Assembly: GCF_000011125.1 (NCBI RefSeq)
Contig: NC_000854.2
Coordinates: forward strand, 330,001 to 362,000
From: Aeropyrum pernix K1
GTDB lineage: Archaea; Thermoproteota; Thermoprotei_A; Sulfolobales; Acidilobaceae
DNA: 32,000 nucleotides
Reading direction: 5' to 3'
The translations under genes and the position numbers were made by a program. Shown piece after piece: positions 16,792-26,686 of this stretch. The notes beneath the pieces are model-generated. The model saw only the letters and a program-made list of their open reading frames with translations, did not search any database and was not told where the DNA came from. The first letter of the stretch is position 1. Each line of letters opens with the position of its first letter.

Positions 16792-17679
16792 GTGTTGAGG
16801 GTTGAGATTGTAGCAGCGGATAGCCTGGGTGTTAGAAGTATCGCAACCTTCGTTGAGGCATGTGGCTACTCGATAGGCGTTGATCTGGGGGCGTCTATAG
16901 CCCCTAGAAGGTTCTCTCTCCCCCCTCACCCTAGGGAGCTGAGGAGGCTGGAGCAGGCTCTAGATAGGGCTAGGAGGAGGCTGGAGGAGAGTAACATAGC
17001 TATTATAACCCACTACCACTACGACCACTATCTCCGGGACGAGCCCGAGCTTTACGCTGGCCGCCTTCTCCTAGCCAAGGATATAAACAGGTCTATAAAT
17101 AGGAGCCAGAGGTTTCGGGGATACCGGTTTCTAGTGAAGAGCGGGCTAGTCGAGAGGGGTCGTGTAGAGTACGCGGACTCCAGGGTGTTCAGGCTGGAGG
17201 GGGGTCTTACAATAGAGTTCTCTAAGCCCGTATGGCACGGCGAGGAGGGAACGAAGCTTGGTAAGGTGTTGATGGTGAGGATTACCTGCGAGGGGGTGTC
17301 GATAGTGTTTGCAAGCGACGTCCAGGGTCCTGGAAACAATGAGGCGCTCGAGGAGCTGCTAAAGTGGTCCAAGCCCAGGCCGCTAGTTCTCATAATAAGC
17401 GGGCCGCCGCTCTACCTGGGAGGTTACAGGGTTGGGATGTCCTCGGTAGAGCTTGGGATAAGGAACCTCGAGGTCCTCGCAGAGAGGCTGAGGCCTAAGA
17501 GGCTTGTGGTGGACCACCACCTAGTGAGGGATCCTAGGTTCCCCGAGGTCCTCGAGAGGCTAAGGGGTAGGGCCGCTGGTGCTGGCGTAGAGGTTTTGAC
17601 GGCGGCAGAGTACATGGGTCTTCGGCCCGAGCCCCTGGAGACTATGAGGAGGGAGCTTTGGAAAGGGGAGGAAGGCTAG
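16792..17679 (+). CDS. metallo-beta-lactamase superfamily protein, UPF0282-type
   Basis: EIVAADSLGVRSIATFVE, IAIITHYHYDHYLRDE, IVFASDVQGPGNNEALEELL, RLVVDHHLVRDPRF. Confidence 0.85.
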   Translation: MLRVEIVAADSLGVRSIATFVEACGYSIGVDLGASIAPRRFSLPPHPRELRRLEQALDRARRRLEESNIAIITHYHYDHYLRDEPELYAGRLLLAKDINRSINRSQRFRGYRFLVKSGLVERGRVEYADSRVFRLEGGLTIEFSKPVWHGEEGTKLGKVLMVRITCEGVSIVFASDVQGPGNNEALEELLKWSKPRPLVLIISGPPLYLGGYRVGMSSVELGIRNLEVLAERLRPKRLVVDHHLVRDPRFPEVLERLRGRAAGAGVEVLTAAEYMGLRPEPLETMRRELWKGEEG

Positions 17680-17684
17680 GCCCT

Positions 17685-18359
17685 GTGAAAATAGTGTTTC
17701 TAGAGTGCAGCGTGGAACTCGTCCCGAGGAGTCTGTGGAGCCATCCCCAGGTCCTCAAGAGCGCCAGGAGGTATGGTATAGAGCCTGGCGACCTGCTTCT
17801 AGACAAGAGTCTGCATTACAACGCGATGGCGGAGCTGCCTGCCAAGTGGAAGAGAGGGAGGCCAGACATACTTCACGTAGCCCTTCTAACCACGACTGAC
17901 TCACCCCTCTACAACGAGGGTCTCCTGAGGATATACTTCCAGGTCTACGACGGGCGGTTGTTCGAGGTTGGGACGGGGGTAAGGGTGCCTAAGAACTACG
18001 AGAGGTTCAGGGGCCTAGTGGCCCAGCTCCTCAAGACGGAGAGAGTGCCCCCAGGGGAGGGGGAGGCTCTCATACGACTCCACTCCAGAAGCCTAGCAGA
18101 GTTCGTTGAGAGGGAGGGGAGGTTTATACTAATGTGGGAGAAGGGCTCGCCAACTACAACCACATACGTCGCGGCTAGAGCCCTATCCACGGGACTACCC
18201 ATAGGCGTCGGCTGCTTCCCCCGAGGCGAGTTCAAGAGGTCGACTCTGAGGAAGGCGTCAGAAGCCTACTCAATAATGGGTGGAGCCCCTCTCAAAACTT
18301 GGGGGGTTGCATCGAGGATTGTGTATGCGCTGGAGAGGCTGAAGAGCCCCTTTACCTAG
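17685..18359 (+). CDS. nep1: Nep1/Emg1 16S rRNA pseudouridine N1-methyltransferase (SPOUT)
   Basis: CSVELVPRSLWSHPQVLKSARRYG, LLLDKSLHYNAMAELPAKWKRGRPDILHVALLTTTDSPLYNEGLLRIYFQ, RVPKNYERFRGLVAQLL. GTG start at 17685 in frame. Confidence 0.9.
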   Translation: MKIVFLECSVELVPRSLWSHPQVLKSARRYGIEPGDLLLDKSLHYNAMAELPAKWKRGRPDILHVALLTTTDSPLYNEGLLRIYFQVYDGRLFEVGTGVRVPKNYERFRGLVAQLLKTERVPPGEGEALIRLHSRSLAEFVEREGRFILMWEKGSPTTTTYVAARALSTGLPIGVGCFPRGEFKRSTLRKASEAYSIMGGAPLKTWGVASRIVYALERLKSPFT

Positions 18360-18395
18360 GGGGTTACATACCGCTAAACGGAGGGGGTTTGCCAC

Positions 18396-18845
18396 CTATA
18401 TCGACATTGACCCGCTCTCCCCCCTCCTGTCCTCCCTCCAGCCTCCTATGTCCTTGAGCTGGGAGAGTATGGGGTTTAGCCTGCCCTCCCTGCTGGCCTC
18501 CTCGATGAGGTTCTTGACCTGGCTGGTGTGCCTTATATCCAGCTCTATAAGCAGCTCCATCATCTTGAGGGTTGTATCCCAGACATCTAGCAGGAGGTCT
18601 CGGGGTATGTTGCTGGAGATGAAGGGGTCCTGTAGCCAGTCGTCGAAGGCCTTGAGCGTCTTTATCATGTGGTTGAAAGCGAGCCTGGTGTGTATTATGA
18701 GGTCTAGCCTGTCAGAGCTTCTCACCTGGCTGTCTATATTCTTAAAGTTCTCCAGCACAGCCTTCTGGAGCATTACCCAGCGCTCTAGGCTTCTAGTGAA
18801 CGCCGTCACGTCAGTAGGTCTGGACAATTCCTGCCACCTCACCAT
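18396..18845 (-). CDS. conserved crenarchaeal hypothetical protein (DUF2153-like)
   Basis: 149 aa, all-helical composition (LERWVMLQKAVLENFKNIDSQVRSSDRLDLIIHTRLAFNHMIKTLKAFDDWLQDPF). Family name recalled with moderate confidence. Confidence 0.6.
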   Translation of the reverse strand: MVRWQELSRPTDVTAFTRSLERWVMLQKAVLENFKNIDSQVRSSDRLDLIIHTRLAFNHMIKTLKAFDDWLQDPFISSNIPRDLLLDVWDTTLKMMELLIELDIRHTSQVKNLIEEASREGRLNPILSQLKDIGGWREDRRGESGSMSI

Positions 18846-18882
18846 GTATGTTTAGGGGGCTTGGGGTCTCTTATTCTATCAT

Positions 18883-19293
18883 CTAGCCCTCGCCAGCCTC
18901 ACGTGGCTCCAGGGGGACCGGGGCTACCGCCCTGAGCTTCACCCACTCAGGCACGTGCCCTGCAAGTCTGGAGGCAATCTCCCTATCCCGCTCAGGATCT
19001 CTATACTTATCGTCCATCATGACTGGTATACCCTCTACTATGGGGTACCATCTCCCGCATGCAGGACAGACTAGAACCCCCTCCTCTATATCCCTCTCTA
19101 CACAGCTGGATACACAGGTGGAGAGGGGCACCGTAGACGCCGGCCTGTCGAAGAGGTAGCACCACCGCCTGCACTTTAGCCTCTCGGGCTGAGGAGGCAT
19201 AGCGCCCCTCTTCTCCCTGACCACATAAAGGATAAGCCGCGGATTCCTGCACTCTGGGCATGCAAGCATCTCTATGTGGTAGTACCTCACCAT
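18883..19293 (-). CDS. Trm112-like zinc-binding protein
   Basis: YHIEMLACPECRNPRLILYVV...EGVLVCPACGRWYPIVEGIPVMMDDKYRD is the Trm112p fold signature. Confidence 0.8.
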   Translation of the reverse strand: MVRYYHIEMLACPECRNPRLILYVVREKRGAMPPQPERLKCRRWCYLFDRPASTVPLSTCVSSCVERDIEEGVLVCPACGRWYPIVEGIPVMMDDKYRDPERDREIASRLAGHVPEWVKLRAVAPVPLEPREAGEG

Positions 19294-19384
19294 GACTATA
19301 CCTCACCCCCCGTGCTTAACCGTGAGATAGGTGGGCAGGATGTGTGTTTAACCTTCTCCACCCCGGAGTCCAGTGTGGTTTCCC

Positions 19385-20152
19385 CTACTCGACCTCCAGC
19401 CCAGCCCTTCGCAGCGGCCTCTCTAGCTCCTCTAGACGGGGCCCCAGCTTTACCCTGCAGAGGCTAGCGAGGGCACTGTTTATGAGGGACTGCCCTCCTA
19501 TAATCGTCTTCAAAGCCTTGCTTATGACGTCCGCTAGCCTAGTGGGCTCGGGCATCCAGCCCCCCGGCCTTATAGTGGCCCTCGCTATGGATGCAGCCTC
19601 CTCGAGGGTTATCCTGTGGCCCGGGGACACGTAGACCTCCCTGGGCCGTGTTCCCAATACGATTGCAAGCCTCTCCCCATCCTGGACCACATACATACCG
19701 CCAGGCCCCTCGACCAGCGTGCCGACCAGCTTTTTCTTGGCAACCCCTATGCTCGGCCTCTCGAGTATAACACCAACGTGACTCGCTATGCCGAATCGCC
19801 GCGGATGTGCTATGCCATGGCCGTCCACCATGACGACGTCAGCCTCTGCCGACAGGGCGGCGGCCGCAGGAGCCATTACCGCCAGCTCTCTGAATGCTAG
19901 CAACCCGGGTATGTAGGGTATGCAGACCCTGGAGATGTAGACTCTGCAGTCGACCGGCTCCAGCGTCTCCAGGGATATAAGCACAGCGGCCCCCACGCCA
20001 ACCCCATCCTTCGCAGAGTATGAGGCGTCGAGGCCCAGCACCGTCCTTGGCCTCGTAGGGAGGGGCTCCAGCCTGACTTTCCCCCTAAGGAGTAGCTGGG
20101 CCCTCGCGGCCTTGGAGGCCGAGAAAGCACACCTAACCTCGCGCCTATTCAA
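19385..20152 (-). CDS. nfi: endonuclease V
   Basis: [71 protein letters not shown]. Confidence 0.93.
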
Positions 20153-20760
20153 CCCTCAACCAGCCTGAACTTAATGGTCTCCAGGCTTGGCTTGCCGGAT
20201 ACCGGCAGCACCAGCACGTCTATCCCGTCGCCCGTGCCCGCGTCTCTAGCCATCGAAGCTCTAAGAGCCTCAACGGCCGCCTTCTTAGCCTCCTCCAGGC
20301 TCATACCGCGCTTATACACGTGCTCGAGAAGGCCGAAAGCAGTCGTCGCGCCAGTCCCGGCAGCCACGTAGTCCTCCTCTATTATAGAGCCCAGGGGGTC
20401 GAGCACGTACAGCTTAGGCTCCCCTCCAGGGTCTATCCCGCCCACTATGGCCTCAACGTTAAACGGGAAAAACTTGTAGGAGTATAGGAGGGACGAGAGA
20501 AACTTGGCCACATTCCTGACGGTAGCTGGCTTACCGGTCTCCAGCGAGGCGAGGCGCATCTGCCCCTCGACAATCCTGACGAGGCCCCCCATATCACCGT
20601 AGAGCCCGGCAAAGGCTATGCCGATCCTATCGTTTATCACAAATATCTTCTTGAAGTTCCTGCTCAGTATGAAGCCGCCGTAGCTCATCCTCTTATCTGC
20701 GGCAAGCACCACCCCGTCCTCAACTCGTATACCAAGTGCAGTAGCGCCTGCAAACGACAA
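20149..20760 (-). CDS. psmB: proteasome beta-type subunit, Thr1 position occupied by Ala
   Basis: [52 protein letters not shown]...[16 protein letters not shown] start at 20760 gives MSFAG|ATALG; the track ORF extends to 20868. Confidence 0.88.
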
Positions 20761-20903
20761 GCAGCAGCACCCACTGGCATAGAGGTCTGAAGCCGGACCA
20801 ATATATTCTTGGGACCGGCCCGGCCGGGTTTGAGTCACTTTCGCCCAACCATGGGTAACAGAGTCCATGGGGCCCGAGGGTCCACGGGACGCCGCTCCAC
20901 TAC

Positions 20904-21503
20904 ATGCTAAATCATCGCCACGGCCCCAAGCCAGTTAGGGTGATGCGTCCCGTGGACGGCCGGGCAGGCTCATGCAGCTACTGTGGCTCCACTATGGTGG
21001 TCACCCTCCATACGGAGGGGGAAATTGTGTGCGGTAGCTGTGGAGCGGTGCTGGCCGAGCAGCTTATAGACGACTCCGCCCCACAACACCACAGCGGGGA
21101 GGATCACACGCCGGGCCCGCCCCTCAGGCTGTCAAGGCTGCCGAGGGGTGTTAGGAGGGCGTACAGGAGGGCCTTGAGGAGGGGTCATGTAGTCGTGGGG
21201 GAGGGATCGATGCCATACTCGGACCTGAGGGCCGTGGAGATGAGTTCCGACGAGAGTATAGCAGCCATCCTCGGCATGGTAGACTCCATACCGGGCCTGG
21301 CCCGAAGAAGGCCCCGGGTAAAAGTGGGGGTCGCATTCTACATCAGCTACAGGCTTCGCGGCTACTCGAAAAGCTCGGCCTTGAGGACCGCCGCGAGGTC
21401 CTCCGGGGCTTCTGTGGCGGCTCTTGAACGCGTTGAAAAAGCCTATAGGAGGGAGATCGAGAACCTCATAATGGCGGCCAGCATGGGGGGCGAAAGGGTT
21501 TAG
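20904..21503 (+). CDS. short TFB (TFIIB)-like protein: zinc ribbon plus apparently one cyclin-like repeat
   Basis: [29 protein letters not shown] ribbon, then [44 protein letters not shown] cyclin/HTH-like segment. Only 199 aa; start may be internal. Confidence 0.65.
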   Translation: MLNHRHGPKPVRVMRPVDGRAGSCSYCGSTMVVTLHTEGEIVCGSCGAVLAEQLIDDSAPQHHSGEDHTPGPPLRLSRLPRGVRRAYRRALRRGHVVVGEGSMPYSDLRAVEMSSDESIAAILGMVDSIPGLARRRPRVKVGVAFYISYRLRGYSKSSALRTAARSSGASVAALERVEKAYRREIENLIMAASMGGERV

Positions 21504-21559
21504 CACCCTCCAACACTATACATTAGTGGGTTATACGTGTTCAGGCGGATGAGAAGGCT

Positions 21560-22618
21560 ATGACGGGGGGCTACAAGGGGGAGGCCGGTTTCGTGGGCGA
21601 CCCGGCCTCCATAGCTAAAAGGATACACGTGCCCACCTACGACGAGATACTCGAGAGGATAGGTAGGAGGCCTAGGAGAAGGGCTAGGAGGCGGGCTGCC
21701 TACGAGGAGGAGATAGAGCTGCTGGCCAGGGTTAGGGATATAGTGATCTCTAGGACCGATTTCGTGAGGGAGGTTGCAAGGCTCCTCGACGGCCTACACC
21801 CGTTCCACAGGGAGCTTGTTGAGATAGAGTTTGACAGGAGGGATGTCAGTAGTGCTGTGAGCTGCATTAGCAGAGCCAGGAAGATGACTGACAGGCTGAT
21901 GGAGAAGTATAAAGTGCTTCTCCTGGCCTCGGAGAGCCCTAAGGAGGCTAGGGCGCTGGCCAGGGAGGCTAGGGGGAGGATACTATCCCTCTACAAGAGG
22001 TGCTCCCGAGGCCTAGAGGTCCTCAGGAGCCTCATGGTTTTCATGCACAGGCTCCCGGCCATCGACCCCGGCAGCCCCACCATCATAGTCTCTGGCCCCC
22101 CTAGCAGCGGCAAGTCAACTCTAGTGAAGAACGTCTCCAGGGCGAAGCCAAAGGTTGCAGACTACCCCTTCACCACAAAGCAGATACATATCGGCCACTT
22201 CGAGGCGGGAGAGGGTAGAGTCCAGGTAGTAGACACCCCGGGCTTGCTGGACAGGAGCCTGGAGGAGATGAACCCTGTGGAGAGGAGGGCGGCGGCCGCC
22301 CTCAGGCTATTGGACGGTGCTGTGCTTTTCCTATTCGACCCCAGGCCAGACGCATACATGGGGCTCGACAGGCAGGCTAGCCTACTGGAGAACACTGTAG
22401 CCAAGCTAGTCACCGGCAGGAGGATATACGTTGTGGTCAACAAGGAGGACGCCGTCGACAGGGGTAGGCTGGAGGAGGCTGTTGCAGCCGCGGAGGAGGC
22501 TGCAGAAAGAGTCGGGGCAGTGTTCCTCGGCTCGACGTCCGCCGTAGACGGGGAGAAGGCTAGGAGGGTTGTGGGTGAAGTGGCCTCTAGGGAGGGGTGG
22601 ACACGGCGCTCTCCCTAG
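21560..22618 (+). CDS. Nog1-like (OBG/HflX superfamily) GTPase
   Basis: [62 protein letters not shown]. Confidence 0.88.
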
Positions 22619-23700
22619 CGCGGCGACACCCCGGCCCCCCTGAGCTCCGCCTTGAACGGCCTCTCCAAACCACCCTCAAGAATCCTGTACTCGAACCCGT
22701 CAACCATAATCCTGAGAAGCTCAAGTATCGTTGAGGCGTGGCCCGTAAGCCTGGCCCCAAACACTGTCGAAACGCCCCCGGCCAGGGCAAGGTATACCGG
22801 GGCCATGTCGGACATGTGCCTGTCCAGAGCAGCGCCAGTCGCCATATCCTCCAGAAGGCTCTCCGCGGCCTCCCGGCCCACAACCTCCGCCGGCTTACCC
22901 TTCTTCCCTATACTATCACCCCCCATCACCGTCTCGCCGAATACAGCCCACACCAGAACCCCGGTACCTGGTCCTAGGTGGGGATCTCTATGGGGCTTGT
23001 AGGCTTCTATCTCGACAATAGGGTCGACCCCCAGCCTCTCTCTTACAAGGCTTGCCGCGCTCCTGGCCTGCCTCTCCGCTATGCTCCCCGGGAGCTTCAC
23101 TGCATGGCTCCTCACATACACCCCCTTCAGAGGACCTCTCTCCACGAAGCTCCTAGCCCTAAACCCCCCGGGCGGGTCGGGGACCCTCACAACCACCCGC
23201 CCCCCGCCCCGCGGGTAGTGGCCGCGCCGTAGGACCCTAATCTCAATCTCGTAGCCCAGCATAGCCAGTATACTGGCGAACACCTCACGCATGTAGTCTA
23301 TTGTGGGGGCCATTGGAACATCGGTGCCCCCCGTAAGCTCCACCTCCACAGGGGAGTCTGAGTAGGCGAGGAGGGGTGCTAGAGCCTGTATTATCAGAGC
23401 CACACTCCCCGCCGTCCCCACGTCAAACCTGTATCTACCGCCCCTGACCCTGCCGGGCGTGAATTCTAGAGACGTGGAGCCAACCTCAGCTCCCCGGAGC
23501 CTGCCACCGGATATGGCTGCTACAGCCCTCACAGCAGTAAGGTGCTGCGGCCTTAGCCCGGGAGGCCTCCTCTTAGCCCTTATGTTAACTATCCTCAAAG
23601 GCCTGCCCAGCACCGCGGCTAGGGCCACGGCCGTCCTGAGTATCTGGCCTCCGCCCTCCCCCATGGAACCGTCCACAACAACCCATTCCCCACTGCCCAA
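22615..23700 (-). CDS. rtcA: RNA 3'-terminal phosphate cyclase
   Basis: [54 protein letters not shown]; C-terminal [13 protein letters not shown]-like segment. Confidence 0.95.
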
Positions 23701-23720
23701 AGCGATGCACCCCCACAGTT

Positions 23721-24245
23721 CTACCGCATCTCCTGCAGCCTCCTCAGCCTCTCGGGCAGGCCGATCTCCTCCACATACCTTCTAACCTGAGGGTGGAGGC
23801 AGTCTTCCCACCCGCTCTCCCCCGAAGCCATAAGCCTCCTTATCCTGGTCCCGCTACACTCCCCCCTCCTGAACATCGGCGGTCTCAGGGCCGCTAGACC
23901 CATGTCCTCAAAGAGCATGAGAACCAGCTCGTTGCCGCTGACTACACCGTCGAAGGGGGGGAGGAGCATCTTTAGATACTGAACCCACACCTTGTTCATA
24001 GCTATATCAGGCACGGGGGCTATCATAAGCCTCCTACACCAGTCATCCAGCTCCTCGAGCATGAGCCTCAGAGCGTGAACCCGCTCCCCTGCAGTCATGG
24101 GGTTCTCTAGGGTGTAGGACTCCTGGGCCGAGCCCACGACAACTATAACCTCCTCAGCCCTCCCGAGGGCCCATTTGATAGTGTGAAGGTGGCCCAGGTG
24201 GGGGGGCTGGAACCTCCCAACCACTAGAAGACGCTTCATCCGCAT
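23721..24245 (-). CDS. nadM: nicotinamide-nucleotide adenylyltransferase, archaeal type
   Basis: [56 protein letters not shown]. Confidence 0.93.
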   Translation of the reverse strand: MRMKRLLVVGRFQPPHLGHLHTIKWALGRAEEVIVVVGSAQESYTLENPMTAGERVHALRLMLEELDDWCRRLMIAPVPDIAMNKVWVQYLKMLLPPFDGVVSGNELVLMLFEDMGLAALRPPMFRRGECSGTRIRRLMASGESGWEDCLHPQVRRYVEEIGLPERLRRLQEMR

Positions 24246-24316
24246 ATAGCCACCCGGGTATTCGTGTTTACATTTAAACGAGGATAATATAGTGGCGCTG
24301 GACTGGTGGGCCCGGC

Positions 24317-25375
24317 GTGGACTCCAGCATATACAGCGGCCTCAAGGTGGAGGCTGTTGCCAGGGCTTCCAGGATGTTTAGGCGTGAGGACGAGGCTATA
24401 GCGTCGCTGAAGCCTTCTAGGACGGCCGAGAGATTGGCCGGTGAAGCGGGCTACAGCCCCGTCCTTGTGGAGAAGTACATCCAGATACTGGGGGAGGAGG
24501 AGGCGAGGGAGCTCATAGCGTGGAACGACAAGCCCCTGCCAGAGACCATAAGGTGCAACGACTTCCTAATCCCCTGCAGCGAGCTCGAGTCAATGCTAAG
24601 CCAGAAGGGCTTTCTAGTCTCAAGGATACCCTGGCTGCCCCACGGCATCGAGGTCCTCGAGCAGCCCATAAGGGTGGGGGCTACCCACGAGTACATGCAG
24701 GGGCTCTACTACATCCAAGACCCTGGCAGCATGTTGGTAGCCTACCTCCTCGGCGTAGAGCCCGGCGAGACGGTTCTAGACATGGCAGCGGCCCCTGGAG
24801 GCAAGTCCACACACATACAGCAGCTGAGCAGGGACTCGACAATACTAGTAGCCGTTGACATATCGAGGAGGAGGATGAGGGCCCTGCGCTCCCACATGCA
24901 GAGGATGGGGTTCAGAAGCTACGTGGCCGTTAGGGCAGACTCAAGGCTGCTGCCCCGCATAGCGGGGACCGGATGGGCCGACAGGGTTATGCTAGACGCG
25001 CCCAGCACTGGAGAGGGTATTATAAGGAAGGACCCAGAGAGGAGACGCTCAAGGAGCCAGGCCGACGTGCTAAGAATCCACTACCTCCAGCTGGAGCTGC
25101 TCTACACAGCCGTAGATCTAGCCAGGCCGGGGGCGCCCATACTGTACGCGGCCTGCAGCACCTCACCCGAGGAGGGAGAGCTAGTGGTATCCAGGCTCCT
25201 GGAGCTGAGGAGCGATGTTGAGGTTGAGAGGCTGGAGTCGCCTGTAGGCTCGCCAGGTGTAGACAGCTACCTAGGCGTAGATATTTCTGGGGAGGCTAGA
25301 AGGTGCCTCAGGCTCTGGCCCCAGAGGCACGGTACGGAGGGGTTCTTCATATGCAGGGTGAGGAGGAGGGTCTGA
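24317..25375 (+). CDS. NOL1/NOP2/Sun (NSUN-type) RNA m5C methyltransferase
   Basis: GLYYIQDPGSMLVAYLLGVEPGETVLDMAAAPGGKSTHIQQLS, RVMLDAPSTGEGII, ILYAACSTSPEEGE. Catalytic Cys in ACSTSPEE. Confidence 0.9.
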   Translation: MDSSIYSGLKVEAVARASRMFRREDEAIASLKPSRTAERLAGEAGYSPVLVEKYIQILGEEEARELIAWNDKPLPETIRCNDFLIPCSELESMLSQKGFLVSRIPWLPHGIEVLEQPIRVGATHEYMQGLYYIQDPGSMLVAYLLGVEPGETVLDMAAAPGGKSTHIQQLSRDSTILVAVDISRRRMRALRSHMQRMGFRSYVAVRADSRLLPRIAGTGWADRVMLDAPSTGEGIIRKDPERRRSRSQADVLRIHYLQLELLYTAVDLARPGAPILYAACSTSPEEGELVVSRLLELRSDVEVERLESPVGSPGVDSYLGVDISGEARRCLRLWPQRHGTEGFFICRVRRRV

Positions 25376-25875
25376 GTAGATACAGGCTCCGCCCGCCCAC
25401 GCCCAGGGAGGAGAGGCTGGTGGAAGGCTTCCTCAGGGCCATAGGCTTCAAGGTAAACCCTTACGCTGAAGGCATGACAGTCCTTGACCCTGGAGGGAAG
25501 TTCAAGGAGGTGTTCTACCTGCCCTGGGGGCTGAGGAGGGCTGTCGAAAGGCTCCCCCTACACTACTCTGCCGGCCTAAACCTGGGCTCCATAGGGGAGA
25601 GAGGTTTCAGACCAAGCCTACACCTAGCCAGGGAGCTGGCGCCCCTCTGCGGCTCCCCCGTAAAGTGTATAAGGCTCTCGCCCCGGGGGGAGAAGCTCTT
25701 CCTATACTCCAGGGACGTCTACGGGGACAACATAGCCTCCCACACTTCAGGGGCGGCCCTCGTAGTCGGCTCAAACGGGCAGCCTCTCGGGTGGGGAGTG
25801 GGCTTGTCGAGGGATGGCCTACTCATTGTTAAGCCTTTAAGAGACCTGGGCTGGTACCTTAGAAGGGGCGGCTAG
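25351..25875 (+). CDS. PUA-domain protein, NIP7-like
   Basis: VKCIRLSPRGEKLFLYSRDVYGDNIASHTSGAALVVGSNGQPLGWGVGLSRDGLLIVKPLRDLGWYLRRG. ATG at 25351 overlaps the end of the NSUN gene. Confidence 0.7.
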   Translation: MQGEEEGLSRYRLRPPTPREERLVEGFLRAIGFKVNPYAEGMTVLDPGGKFKEVFYLPWGLRRAVERLPLHYSAGLNLGSIGERGFRPSLHLARELAPLCGSPVKCIRLSPRGEKLFLYSRDVYGDNIASHTSGAALVVGSNGQPLGWGVGLSRDGLLIVKPLRDLGWYLRRGG

Positions 25876-25877
25876 TG

Positions 25878-26681
25878 ATGCCGTTGAAGGATGGAGACTT
25901 CGTGCTGATCAACTATACTGTAAAGGTTGTTGAAGACGGTTCTGAGAGGGTTATAGACACGACTCTGGAGGAAGTGGCGAAGAAGTCCGGCATCTACGAT
26001 CCGAAGAGGGTGTACAAGGAGTTCCCGGTTATAGTGGGGAAGACAAGCCTCCTAGGACCCCTCGAGAAGGTGCTCAAGGAGCTTGATGTAGGCGAGAGGC
26101 GAGAGGTTGAAGTCCCCCCTGAAGAGGCTTTCGGAGAGTATAAGAAGGAGCTGGTTGTCAGGGTGCCCGTGAAGAGGCTTAGGAGGATGAACATACCCGT
26201 GAGGGTTGGGGAGGAGGTTGAGGCGGGTGGCAGAAGAGGTAAGATAATAAGGGTTACAGAGAGGTTCGCCTTCATAGACTTCAACCACCCCCTGGCAGGG
26301 AAGAAGCTTAAGATAGAGGTTGAGGTTGTAGGAAAGGTGGATAGCGTCGAGGACAAAGCCAGGATCCTGGCGGCCAGAGCCCTAGGCTTGGACCCCGACA
26401 AGATCCATGCGGAGGTTAGAGAGGGGGGCAAGGAGATAACCCTAAAGCTGCCCCCGGAGGTCCTCGGGCTCAGCGACCTCGACGCGCTCCTGGCAAAGGC
26501 GGTATCAGATGTTAGAGAGTACCTGTCCCCTAGGAAAGTTGACGTGGTCATATCCATCGAGTTCCCGGAGGAGGCGCGGGAGGAGGCTGAAGCATCTGAT
26601 ACTGGTGAGGGAGGAGAAGCGGAGGGTGAGTCGGAGCAGGCTGCAGAGCCCGGTGGAGGGGAAGAGAGGCAGGAGGGCTAG
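25878..26681 (+). CDS. FKBP-type peptidyl-prolyl cis-trans isomerase (SlyD-like) with acidic C-terminal tail
   Basis: KDGDFVLINYTVKVVEDGSERVIDTT, FPVIVGKTSLLGPLEKVLKELDVGERREVEVPPEEAFGEY, FIDFNHPLAGKKLKIEVEVV. Tail EEAREEAEASDTGEGGEAEGESEQ. Confidence 0.92.
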   Translation: MPLKDGDFVLINYTVKVVEDGSERVIDTTLEEVAKKSGIYDPKRVYKEFPVIVGKTSLLGPLEKVLKELDVGERREVEVPPEEAFGEYKKELVVRVPVKRLRRMNIPVRVGEEVEAGGRRGKIIRVTERFAFIDFNHPLAGKKLKIEVEVVGKVDSVEDKARILAARALGLDPDKIHAEVREGGKEITLKLPPEVLGLSDLDALLAKAVSDVREYLSPRKVDVVISIEFPEEAREEAEASDTGEGGEAEGESEQAAEPGGGEERQEG

Positions 26682-26686
26682 CCAGA

